A stretch of 64,000 nucleotides of DNA from Prevotella sp. GTDB taxonomy: Bacteria > Bacteroidota > Bacteroidia > Bacteroidales > Bacteroidaceae. This document shows, piece after piece, positions 21,278 through 30,301 of the stretch. The DNA is taken from the NCBI GenBank assembly GCA_045617965.1, contig JAZLJQ010000014.1, positions 21,443-85,442 of the forward strand, read 5' to 3'. A program made the translations under genes and the position numbers. Within the stretch, counting starts at the first letter, position 1, and every line of letters begins with the position of its first letter. A model generated the notes under the pieces. That model was not told the origin of the DNA and did not search any database. It saw nothing but the letters and a program-made list of their open reading frames with translations.

Positions 21278-22272
21278 TGGAAGAGAATACTATAATCGCT
21301 CCTATCCCCAAAGAAGTGTTGAAAAGCGAATTGACAGATGAAAAGCGTCTGCGTATGACTAATAAAAGCCAAAACGAAATTTATATCGTTACTTGGCATG
21401 ATTCTCCGAATGTATTGCGCGAAATAGGACGCCAACGCGAAGAAGCTTTTCGTGCAGCTGGTGGAGGTACGGGATTAGATTGCGACTTGGATGAATTTGA
21501 TACATGCAAAAACTGCTACAAGCAGATTGTTGTATGGAATCCCGAACAGGAAGAAATCATAGGTGGCTATCGTTATATTCTTGGCAAGGATGTTGATTTT
21601 GACGAACATGGGCAGCCAATACTTGCAACATCGCATATGTTTCACTTTTCAAATCAGTTTATCAAAGATTATCTTCCCAAAGTCATAGAATTAGGACGTT
21701 CATATGTATCAATAGAATATCAGAACACACGCTCCAACCCTAAATCAATGTTTGCTCTCGACAATCTTTGGGATGGGTTGGGTGCACTTATGGTCATCTC
21801 TCCGGAATGTCGTTATTTCTTTGGTAAAATGACGATGTACCCTAGTTATCTTCGTCGTGGACGTGACATGATATTGTATTTTCTTAAAAAACACTTTGAT
21901 GACAAAGAAAAACTTGTCATTCCCGAGAAGCCATTGCTTTTGGAAACACCTGCCGAAGAATTGGAAGTATTATTTAATGAAGATGACTTTCGCAAAGACT
22001 ATCGCATTTTAAAACGCGAAATTTCTAAAATGGGTCTCAATATACCACCATTAGTAAATGCATATATGAATCTTTCCCCTACAATGAAACTTTTTGGTAC
22101 AGCAATCAATTATGGTTTTGGTGATGTTGAGGAGACTGGAATTTTAATTGCAGTTGATGAAATTCTTGAAGACAAGCGTATCCGGCATATGGAATCTTTC
22201 GTAAAGGAGCATCCAGAGGCGTTGAAGATAACATCCGGTGCGAACAATGTTTTTTATAAGGTGGGGAAATAA
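21274..22272 (+). CDS. OlsB-like GNAT N-acyltransferase (GlsB/hemolysin-like)
   Basis: EIGRQREEAFRAAGGGTG, DLDEFD, IIGGYR, IELGRS, IPPLVNAY. Paired with the upstream acyltransferase. Confidence 0.8.
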   Translation: MMEENTIIAPIPKEVLKSELTDEKRLRMTNKSQNEIYIVTWHDSPNVLREIGRQREEAFRAAGGGTGLDCDLDEFDTCKNCYKQIVVWNPEQEEIIGGYRYILGKDVDFDEHGQPILATSHMFHFSNQFIKDYLPKVIELGRSYVSIEYQNTRSNPKSMFALDNLWDGLGALMVISPECRYFFGKMTMYPSYLRRGRDMILYFLKKHFDDKEKLVIPEKPLLLETPAEELEVLFNEDDFRKDYRILKREISKMGLNIPPLVNAYMNLSPTMKLFGTAINYGFGDVEETGILIAVDEILEDKRIRHMESFVKEHPEALKITSGANNVFYKVGK

Positions 22273-22294
22273 AATTAAAAAAAGGATGCATCTT

Positions 22295-23635
22295 ATGGAG
22301 TGGAGAAAACTTGTTTCTAACAAACGCTTTGGTCAGGAAGACGCTCATCCTCGTCGTCATGATGACCGCAGTGAATTCAAGCGCGATTATGATCGTTTAA
22401 TCTTTTCATCCCCATTTCGTCGTTTGCAGAATAAAACACAGGTATTTCCGTTGCCGGGAAGTGTGTTTGTGCATAATCGTCTCACTCACTCTCTTGAGGT
22501 GGCTTCTGTCGGGCAATCACTTGCCAACGATGTGGCACAATGCATCATGGAAAAGCGTCCGGATCTCAGAGATACATTGTTTACCGAAATAGGAACTATC
22601 GTTGCAACAGCATGTCTTTCGCATGATTTAGGGAACCCACCTTTTGGACATTCTGGTGAAAAAGCCATACAGACATTTTTTTCAGAGGGTGCAGGGCAAG
22701 AGATTAAAAAGAGTGTAAGTTCGGATTTTTGGCAAGATATTACTCATTTTGAAGGGAATTCAAATGCCTTCCGTTTGCTTACTCATCAATTTCAGGGACG
22801 GCGTCATGGTGGTTTTGTCATGACATATTCCACGCTTGCTGCTATGGTAAAGTATCCGTATTCTTCACAATATGTTACAGCAGAACACGAGAAATACGGC
22901 TTTTTTGCATCTGAGGCTCCGTATTTTGTAAAAATTGCAGAAGATCTTGGTATTCGTTGTTTGTATAGTGATGGTCATGCATTGCGTTATGCGCGTCATC
23001 CATTGGTCTATCTTGTCGAGGCTGCTGATGATATTTGTTATGAGATAATGGATATTGAAGATGCTTTTAAGATGCGTCTTATCACTTTTGACGAGACTAA
23101 AGATCGTTTGCTTGCTTTCTTTGATGAGAAGACGCGAAATCAAATACAATTGCGTATTATTGATGAGGGCATTACTGATGCCAATGAAAAGGTTGTTTAT
23201 ATGCGTGCTCGAGTTATTGGCATTCTTGAACATGAATGTGCTGAAGCATTTATTCACAACGAAGAAGCCATACTTGGTGGTAGTTTTGAAGGTTCACTTA
23301 TAGAGCATACAACTGAGCAAGTACGCAAAGCATATGAAGCATGCCAAAAGTTATCTTACCAAAAGATTTATCATTCCAAGCCTGTAGTGGATATTGAGAT
23401 GGCAGGATACAAGATTATGGCTACACTTATGGAGCAGTTTATCAGTGCTGTTATCACTCCAGAGAAGTTCTATTCACAGCAACTTATTCGTCGTGTGTCT
23501 TCGCAATATGATGTAAACAGCGAAGATTTACAAACTCGCGTAGCTGCAATTATTGATTATATAAGTGGCATGACCGATGTTTATGCTCTAGACATATTTG
23601 AAAAAATCAATGGTATGAGTTTGCCTATTGTATGA
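22295..23635 (+). CDS. dgt: dGTP triphosphohydrolase
   Basis: RRLQNKTQVF, HNRLTHSLEV, HDLGNPPFGHSGE, EAADDICY, DYISGMTD. Confidence 0.95.
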   Translation: MEWRKLVSNKRFGQEDAHPRRHDDRSEFKRDYDRLIFSSPFRRLQNKTQVFPLPGSVFVHNRLTHSLEVASVGQSLANDVAQCIMEKRPDLRDTLFTEIGTIVATACLSHDLGNPPFGHSGEKAIQTFFSEGAGQEIKKSVSSDFWQDITHFEGNSNAFRLLTHQFQGRRHGGFVMTYSTLAAMVKYPYSSQYVTAEHEKYGFFASEAPYFVKIAEDLGIRCLYSDGHALRYARHPLVYLVEAADDICYEIMDIEDAFKMRLITFDETKDRLLAFFDEKTRNQIQLRIIDEGITDANEKVVYMRARVIGILEHECAEAFIHNEEAILGGSFEGSLIEHTTEQVRKAYEACQKLSYQKIYHSKPVVDIEMAGYKIMATLMEQFISAVITPEKFYSQQLIRRVSSQYDVNSEDLQTRVAAIIDYISGMTDVYALDIFEKINGMSLPIV

Positions 23636-23674
23636 TAGTAGCTAACATTGGATGATGATTATTATTTTCAAGAA

Positions 23675-25369
23675 ATGAAACAAGCTCTTTTTACAATACT
23701 ATTTTTCGCATTATCTATTTGTGTCTTTGCCGTAGATTTACATGTACCTCAAGGTGGTAATATAGCGATAGCAATTCGCAAGGCACGCGAGATGCATCGT
23801 CTTCAAGAAGTAGGCTCTCGGGATGTGATAAACATTATTCTTGATGGTGATGAATATATTTTATCTTCTCCATTGTATCTTAGGCAGGAAGATAGTTTTC
23901 TAAAGATTTCTTCTCCGTCACATGCTGTTATCAGTGGCAAGAGGATTATTCGTGGATGGCAAAGAGAAGGTCGTTATTGGGTGGCGTCTGCTCCTCGTTG
24001 TGGAAACAGAGTCGTGTTGATTCGTCAGATGTGGGTTGATGGTAAAAAGGCTTTACGTTCTACGCAGTTTGGTGAATATAAAATGCAACGTATGGTAGAT
24101 TTCGGCATTGCAGATAGGACAATTACAATTCCTACGCCAGATAATTTTTCCGAATTGCAGAAATCCCTATCACTAGAGATGCTTGTCCATCAACGATGGG
24201 CGGTGGCTATTTTGCGCGTAAAAGATATGAAGAAAAGCGATGCTGATCCTTCTCTTACTCGGGTTAGTTTTTGTGAGCCAGAGTCTGAACTTGAGTTTTC
24301 ACATCCTTGGCCACAGCCTGTCATTGGTGGTGAAAAGGGCAATTCTTCTTTTTCTCTACAAAACGCATTATGCCTTGTCGATGAGCCTGGGGAGTGGTAT
24401 CAAGATGAAAGCGGGAAAATTTTTTATCTGCCGAGGCCGACGGATGATATTGAGAAGACAGAATTTGCTTGTTCTCCTTTGGAAGAATTAGTGCAAATCA
24501 ATGGTGATGCTATAAACAAGGTCACCAATATTACATTTCAGAATGTGGGTTTTGAATATACTGCATGGAAGCGTCCTTCTGAGTATGGGCATGTGACCTT
24601 GCAAGGAGGTTTTCCTTTACTTGATGCCTACAAGCTGCAGAAAGAGGGGCTTCCATGGGATAAGGATCTTGAAAATCAGGCATGGATTGTGCGTCCGTCC
24701 GCAGCTATTACCGCTTATTGGGGTGAGGAGATAAATTTTGTTGGTTGTTCTTTTCGTCATTTGTCTTCTACGGCGCTTGATTATAGTTATGCCATGAAAC
24801 ATTGCTCCATATCAAACAATCATTTTGAAGATATTGGCGGTACAGCCATAATGGTCGGATGGTTTGGTGAGGGCGAAGAGGTACATATTCCGATATATCT
24901 TCCCGATGAGTCGTACACATCTAACATTCAAATATCTAGGAATCGCATTTATGATGCGACCAACGAGGATTGGGGTGCTGTCGGTATAGGCTGTGGCTAT
25001 GTTCGTTCGTGTTATATTACTCACAATGAAGTGAAGCGGGTGAATTATTCGGGCATCTGTATGGGTTGGGGTTGGACTTCTATGGATACGGGTATGAGAG
25101 ACAATCATATTGTTGGTAATTACGTCACAAACTTTGCAAAAATGCTATATGATGCAGGCGGTATCTATACTCTTAGCAACCAGCCCGAATCAGAGATTGT
25201 TGACAATCGTATTGAGAGTTTAGGTAAGTCTCCTTATGCCACTAACGATCGTGGATTTTACATTTATCTTGATGCTAAGACGGATGGGTTTACCATAACT
25301 GGTAATAGGTGTACTGAGAATAAATTTGGTGACAATCATCCGGGGCCGAATATTGTTTGGGAAAAATGA
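23675..25369 (+). CDS. Secreted right-handed beta-helix glycoside hydrolase, GH141-like
   Basis: Signal peptide, DEPGEWY, repeated beta-helix turns (ISNNHFEDIGG, ITHNEV, IVGNYV), YDAGGIYTLS, IYLD. Confidence 0.7.
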   Translation: MKQALFTILFFALSICVFAVDLHVPQGGNIAIAIRKAREMHRLQEVGSRDVINIILDGDEYILSSPLYLRQEDSFLKISSPSHAVISGKRIIRGWQREGRYWVASAPRCGNRVVLIRQMWVDGKKALRSTQFGEYKMQRMVDFGIADRTITIPTPDNFSELQKSLSLEMLVHQRWAVAILRVKDMKKSDADPSLTRVSFCEPESELEFSHPWPQPVIGGEKGNSSFSLQNALCLVDEPGEWYQDESGKIFYLPRPTDDIEKTEFACSPLEELVQINGDAINKVTNITFQNVGFEYTAWKRPSEYGHVTLQGGFPLLDAYKLQKEGLPWDKDLENQAWIVRPSAAITAYWGEEINFVGCSFRHLSSTALDYSYAMKHCSISNNHFEDIGGTAIMVGWFGEGEEVHIPIYLPDESYTSNIQISRNRIYDATNEDWGAVGIGCGYVRSCYITHNEVKRVNYSGICMGWGWTSMDTGMRDNHIVGNYVTNFAKMLYDAGGIYTLSNQPESEIVDNRIESLGKSPYATNDRGFYIYLDAKTDGFTITGNRCTENKFGDNHPGPNIVWEK

Positions 25370-25385
25370 AAAAAATTAGAAAATT

Positions 25386-27665
25386 ATGAAGATAACCAAC
25401 TATCATTTGTTTGATTTTTTGGATTTCGATTCAAATTACAAAAGTAACGAGTCTCTTTGGAAGGCTTATCCTCCACAGCGTGTGTATGAAAGAGATGGTG
25501 ACATTTGCATAGATGTGCCTTTTCAGCGTCAGAAACAGTCTGTCGAGATGGAAGTAGAAATGGGATATATGCAAGAGGTATATACGCTTGTAATCAGACA
25601 ATATGGTAACAAGATTTTGCGAGTTTTTATTGATTTCACTGATGATTCTGGGAAGGCTCAGATGACTGATGATAGTGAGATGTTGCAGATAAATCCTTTG
25701 CTTACTCGTCAGCCGTTGCAGTTGGTGCAGTTAGGCTCTTGCAGTGATGGGAAGTCTGATGGGTGGAGTATCATCTCCAAGGATGGTCGCATGCGCGCTC
25801 TCATCAATACTCGTGAGCCTGAACTCGACAGGTGGAGCAATCTGCAACCCGATCCTCAGCCCACATTGGATATTCGTTTCTTTCCTGATGGTAAACATGA
25901 GATTCGTTTAGCTTCTTATGATCATTTTTCTCCTCCGCGTTATGATGCTTTGCCGTTAGCTTTTTGTAAGACTAGCGGTGATAATGACCGTGCTACCATA
26001 TCATTTGAGTCAAAGATGGATGAGTGTTTTGTTGGTACGGGTGAGCGTTTTATGAAGATGGACTTGAGTGGTCAGACATTTTATTTAAAAAATCAGGATG
26101 GCCAAGGGGTGAACAATCGTCGTACATATAAGAACATTCCATTCTACATATCAAGTCGCATGTATGGATGTTTTTATCATACGAGTTCCAAGTCCAAGCT
26201 TTCTCTTGCCGGTCAGAGTACGCGCTCTGTGCAGTTTATGAGTGATTATGCTACTATTGATGTTTTTCTGATAGGTGGTGATAGTATTGAAGAGATTGTG
26301 CGTGGTTATCGTGATCTTACTGGCTATCCACAGATGCCTCCGTTATGGAGTTTTGGTGTGTGGATGAGTAGGATGACGTATTTTTCTGCCGACGAAGTGA
26401 ATGGCATCTGTCAGCGTTTGCGTGCTGAGCATTATCCTTGTGATGTTATCCACCTTGATACGGGTTGGTTTAAGACCGATTGGCTTTGTGAATGGAAATT
26501 CAATAGAGAGCGTTTCCCTAATCCTCGTGGCTTTATCCAAGACTTGCTTGACAAAGGATTCCGCATAAGTTTGTGGCAATTACCTTATGTGGCAGAGGAT
26601 GCCGAGCAGATTGATGAGGCAAGGAAAAACGATTTCATAGCGCCGATGACGGTAAAACGTGTCTCTAGTGGTTCAAATTTTTCCAATTTGGATTATGCTG
26701 GCACTATAGATTTCACAAATCCAAAGGCAGTGATTTGGTACAAAGGTCTTTTGCGTAAATTGCTTGATATGGGTGTAAAGTGTATTAAGGCAGATTTTGG
26801 TGAAAATATACATACTGAAGCATCTTATAAGGGTATGAGTTCTGAGCGTTTGCAGAATCTCTATGCGTTGCTTTATCAAAAGGCCGTTTATGAGGTTACT
26901 GAACAGATTACGGGTGAGGGTATTGCTTGGTCGCGTGCAGCATGGGCTGGTTGTCAGCGTTATCCTCTTCATTGGGGTGGTGATAGTGCTAGTACATGGG
27001 AGGGCATGGCAGGTAGTCTTCGTGGTGGTTTGCATTTCAATCTATCAGGTTTTGCCTTTTGGAGTCACGATGTGCCTGGTTTCCATACGTTGCCTAATTT
27101 CATGAATTCTGTTGTTGATGATGATGTCTATGTTCGTTGGACTCAATTTGGTGTTTTTACTTCTCACATACGTTATCATGGTACAAACAAGCGCGAGCCT
27201 TGGCATTATCCTAATGTTGCGTCAATAGTAAAGCGATGGTGGAGGTTGCGTTATGTTTTGATTCCTTATATTGTCCGTGAGAGCAAGAAGGCTACAGAGA
27301 GTGGTTCGACGTTGCTTCAAGCACTTATTTATCATCATCCACAGGACAGGACTTGTTGGCATATTGATGATGAATATTATTTTGGTGATGATTTTCTTGT
27401 GGCTCCGGTAATGAATTCTGAAGGTTGTCGCGACATTTATTTGCCTGCTGGCGAGTGGGTAGATTTTTTCAATGGTCAGGTGACGCGTTCCGAAGGTTGT
27501 TGGATTCATCGCTTTGATATTCCTCTTGAGGTTATGCCTGTGTATGTCAGGCAAGGTGCCGAAATACCTGTGTATCTGAAGCCTGTTGATTGTACCGACC
27601 AGATAGATTTAAGCAGGTCGGAGTTGCTTACGATTGATGATGATTTTTCGGGATATAGACTTTAG
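25386..27665 (+). CDS. GH31 alpha-xylosidase-like glycosidase
   Basis: YKNIPFY, PPLWSFG, DVIHLD, nucleophile motif IKADFGE, HWGGD, WSHDVPGF, VRWTQFG, REPW. Confidence 0.92.
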   Translation: MKITNYHLFDFLDFDSNYKSNESLWKAYPPQRVYERDGDICIDVPFQRQKQSVEMEVEMGYMQEVYTLVIRQYGNKILRVFIDFTDDSGKAQMTDDSEMLQINPLLTRQPLQLVQLGSCSDGKSDGWSIISKDGRMRALINTREPELDRWSNLQPDPQPTLDIRFFPDGKHEIRLASYDHFSPPRYDALPLAFCKTSGDNDRATISFESKMDECFVGTGERFMKMDLSGQTFYLKNQDGQGVNNRRTYKNIPFYISSRMYGCFYHTSSKSKLSLAGQSTRSVQFMSDYATIDVFLIGGDSIEEIVRGYRDLTGYPQMPPLWSFGVWMSRMTYFSADEVNGICQRLRAEHYPCDVIHLDTGWFKTDWLCEWKFNRERFPNPRGFIQDLLDKGFRISLWQLPYVAEDAEQIDEARKNDFIAPMTVKRVSSGSNFSNLDYAGTIDFTNPKAVIWYKGLLRKLLDMGVKCIKADFGENIHTEASYKGMSSERLQNLYALLYQKAVYEVTEQITGEGIAWSRAAWAGCQRYPLHWGGDSASTWEGMAGSLRGGLHFNLSGFAFWSHDVPGFHTLPNFMNSVVDDDVYVRWTQFGVFTSHIRYHGTNKREPWHYPNVASIVKRWWRLRYVLIPYIVRESKKATESGSTLLQALIYHHPQDRTCWHIDDEYYFGDDFLVAPVMNSEGCRDIYLPAGEWVDFFNGQVTRSEGCWIHRFDIPLEVMPVYVRQGAEIPVYLKPVDCTDQIDLSRSELLTIDDDFSGYRL

Positions 27666-27752
27666 GTGAGTGAATGAGATGTAGTTATGAGGACTTGTGT
27701 GTTGTGTTCCGCTTTTAATTGACGATTGTAGAAAATAAGTAGGGGAATTTTT

Positions 27753-28268
27753 TTGAAGATTTCATCATCATATTTTGGTTCAATAGACTATTTTAGTCTT
27801 ATTTCTCGTCGTTGCGATATTGAGTTTGATGGCGCTGAGGTTTATCGTAAGCAGACGTTTCTCAATCGTTGTCGCATTTTGGGTCCCAATGGCATTCAGT
27901 CGCTGACGGTTCCTGTTGAGCATCATGGGCGTTGCCTTATGCGCGATGTGGTGATCAGTACTCATCACGATTGGCAGCATCAGCATTGGATGGCGTTGTT
28001 GTCATCTTATGGTAGTTCGCCTTATTTTGAGTTTTATGTTGATGATTTGCGTCCTCTTTTCACTCGTTGTTGGCGGTATCTTTTTGATCTCAATATTGCC
28101 ACGACAGAGATTATTGTTGATTTGCTCTCTTTACGTCGGCAGACTTTTTCTCATGAGCGTGTCGTTGTGTATTCTCAACTCTATGATCGTCGTTTTGGTT
28201 TTCAACCGAATTTGAGCATTCTTGATTTGCTTTTTAATATGGGTAATGAAAGTGTATTTTATTTATGA
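27753..28268 (+). CDS. WbqC family protein (short)
   Basis: YRKQTFLNRCRI, LTVPV, HW..L.SSYGSSPYFEFY, GFQPNLSILDLLFNMG. Confidence 0.85.
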   Translation: MKISSSYFGSIDYFSLISRRCDIEFDGAEVYRKQTFLNRCRILGPNGIQSLTVPVEHHGRCLMRDVVISTHHDWQHQHWMALLSSYGSSPYFEFYVDDLRPLFTRCWRYLFDLNIATTEIIVDLLSLRRQTFSHERVVVYSQLYDRRFGFQPNLSILDLLFNMGNESVFYL

Positions 28269-28906
28269 TACAAGGTGAGTTGTGTTATGATGATTTGAAT
28301 ATTTCTTTGTCGGAGATTTTCGAGTCTTTGCAGAGTCCCGATGTTGATGCTTCTTTTTGTCAAGAGGTGTTGGGTGTGATTGATGAGGTACGTCCGTTGT
28401 TGTTAGCTCGTTATCGTGTTGTTGTCAGCGATTCTATGGAGGGTTTTTCTCCGGGTCGTGTCATTATGGGTCAGTTGCGTGGTGCGGAGTATTATGCTTT
28501 TTTTATTGCCACGGGTGGTGTTGAGTTTCAGCATTATTTGGATGTCTTGCATTCTGATGGTGATATTGTGCGTATGTTCATTGCCGATGGTTTGGGTAGT
28601 GTCATTGCCGAGCATTGTGCTGATGCTATGGAGGAGTCGTTGCGGAATCATTTTCATTCTGAGGGTATGCTTCTTACCAATCGTTTTTCTCCGGGCTATT
28701 GTGGTTGGGATGTATGTGAGCAACGGTTGCTTTTTCGTCTTTTTGATGGTGATAGTTGTGGTGTGAGGCTTTCTGCTTCTTCGCTGATGATGCCTATTAA
28801 GTCTGTCAGTGGTGTGATAGGTGTTGGTCGTTCGGTGTGCCGTCATGACTATCCTTGTGGGCTGTGCGAGCTTACGTCGTGCTATAAGCGGAGGAAGAAA
28901 TCTTAG
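28265..28906 (+). CDS. Stand-alone B12-dependent methionine-synthase activation-domain protein
   Basis: FIATGG, DGLGSVIAE, NRFSPGYCGW, LMMPIKSVSGVIG and a C-terminal CxxCx4C. Confidence 0.8.
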   Translation: MIQGELCYDDLNISLSEIFESLQSPDVDASFCQEVLGVIDEVRPLLLARYRVVVSDSMEGFSPGRVIMGQLRGAEYYAFFIATGGVEFQHYLDVLHSDGDIVRMFIADGLGSVIAEHCADAMEESLRNHFHSEGMLLTNRFSPGYCGWDVCEQRLLFRLFDGDSCGVRLSASSLMMPIKSVSGVIGVGRSVCRHDYPCGLCELTSCYKRRKKS

Positions 28907-29032
28907 GGTGTGTATGGGGGAGGATTAGTGATGAATTAGTGATGAATGAATGTATATTTGTGAAATATTGATTTATTCTTTTGGTTTTTTTCTTGTGTTG
29001 TGTTACTTTTGCATTGCAAAATGTCCAAGGTT

Positions 29033-29118
29033 GCCGTGATGGTGGAATTGGTAGACACGAGGGACTTAAAATCCCTTGGCTAGTGATGGCTGTGCGGGTT
29101 CGAGTCCCGCTCGCGGCA
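29033..29118 (+). tRNA. tRNA-Leu(UAA)
   Basis: Acceptor stem GCCGTGA/TCGCGGC plus discriminator A, D-loop GGAATTGGTAGAC, anticodon TAA at 29077-29079, long variable arm, T-loop GGTTCGAGTCC. Promoter TACTTTTG at 29004-29011. Confidence 0.96.
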
Positions 29119-29239
29119 CTTTTGTAGTGAAGAGAAAGGTGTGTGGATGGTCTTGATTATTGTTTCTTGATGATTGGAGTGTGTGGCCTGGGGCGTTGTG
29201 CTTGTTTTTTTTGATTGTTGATTATTTCCATGTTCCCGT

Positions 29240-30268
29240 ATGTTTTCCAATTGTATTGTTTCAAGGTTTTACAGTGTTGTTTTGTGTTGTTTTTTCTTAT
29301 GTTTGTTGTGTTCGTGTTCCGGGGGTAGTGACTCTTTCAGTATTGATGGTCGTTTCATAAATTTCAACAATGGTGAGTTGTATATATATAGTATTGATGG
29401 TGGTATTGATGCTTTAGATACTATTTCTGTTCGTGATGGTCGTTTCAGTTACCATACGATGTTGAGTGAGGCTTCTACTTTTGTCATTGTTTTTCCTAAT
29501 TTTTCTGAGGTTGCTATTTTTGGTGCTCCTGGTGCGAGTGTTCGTGTGCGTGGTGATGCCAATAGTCTTAACGAGATAGAGATTAAGGGTGGTGATGAGA
29601 ATCGTCTTATGAATGGTCTTCGTCGTGAGCTTCTAGGTGTGTCGCCATCTGAGATGTTGTTGCGTGTTGAGAAGTTTGTTCGCGACAATCCGTCATCTCT
29701 TGTGTGCCATTATGTGATTTCCAAATATTTGTTGCGTTCTGCTTCTTGCGATTATGACAAGGCTTTGTCTTTGTTGCAGTTGGTCGGTAGGTCTCGTCCT
29801 GAGGATAAGTCTGTGCGTCGTCTTGCCAATCAGGTGTCTGTTTTGGGTGTTTGTGGTGTAGGTGATCGTTTGCCTGAGTTTTTTTTCCGTTGTCGTAGTG
29901 GTAAGACTTTGACTCGTGATTTTTGTCGTGGCAAGGTTGGTGTCATTTCTTTGTGGGCGGAGTGGGATTATGAGAGTCAAAGCACTCAGCGCACTCTTGT
30001 AGAGTTATACAATCGTTATCCGAATCGTTTTGCCATGTTTTCGTTTTCGTTGGATATGTCGTGTGTTGATTCTGATCGTTTTGTTCGTAAGAATGGTGTT
30101 TCGTGGGCTTATGGTTGCGATGGTGATGTATGGGGTTCTGATGTTGTGCGTACTTTAGGTCTTCAGACGATAGACGATAATATTATTATTTCTCGCGATG
30201 GTCGTATTGTTGCTCGTGGTGTGCCTGCTAGTGAGTTGGAGTCTACGCTTGTTAAACTGTTGGATTGA
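29240..30268 (+). CDS. DUF4369/TlpA-like lipoprotein with degenerate thioredoxin domain
   Basis: Lipobox LCSC, N-domain FSIDGRF..DTISVRDGRF, C-terminal SLWAEWDYES in place of WxxWCxxC, and SLD, ISRDGRIVARG. Confidence 0.7.
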   Translation: MFSNCIVSRFYSVVLCCFFLCLLCSCSGGSDSFSIDGRFINFNNGELYIYSIDGGIDALDTISVRDGRFSYHTMLSEASTFVIVFPNFSEVAIFGAPGASVRVRGDANSLNEIEIKGGDENRLMNGLRRELLGVSPSEMLLRVEKFVRDNPSSLVCHYVISKYLLRSASCDYDKALSLLQLVGRSRPEDKSVRRLANQVSVLGVCGVGDRLPEFFFRCRSGKTLTRDFCRGKVGVISLWAEWDYESQSTQRTLVELYNRYPNRFAMFSFSLDMSCVDSDRFVRKNGVSWAYGCDGDVWGSDVVRTLGLQTIDDNIIISRDGRIVARGVPASELESTLVKLLD

Positions 30269-30301
30269 TTGATTTGTTTTCGGTGGAAATGATTTCTTTT
30301 T

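Noticed and set aside
22295-23635. dGTPase as an anti-phage system
   Set aside because: It sits in core-gene context behind the acyltransferase pair, not in a defence island.
29033-29118. tRNA-Leu as the attachment site of an integrated element
   Set aside because: No integrase nearby, and I saw no duplicate of the tRNA 3' end in the window.
27780-29980. Thr/Lys/Asn-rich antisense ORFs and Val/Leu-rich alternative-frame ORFs
   Set aside because: These are by-products of the extreme G+T skew and overlap well-supported genes.
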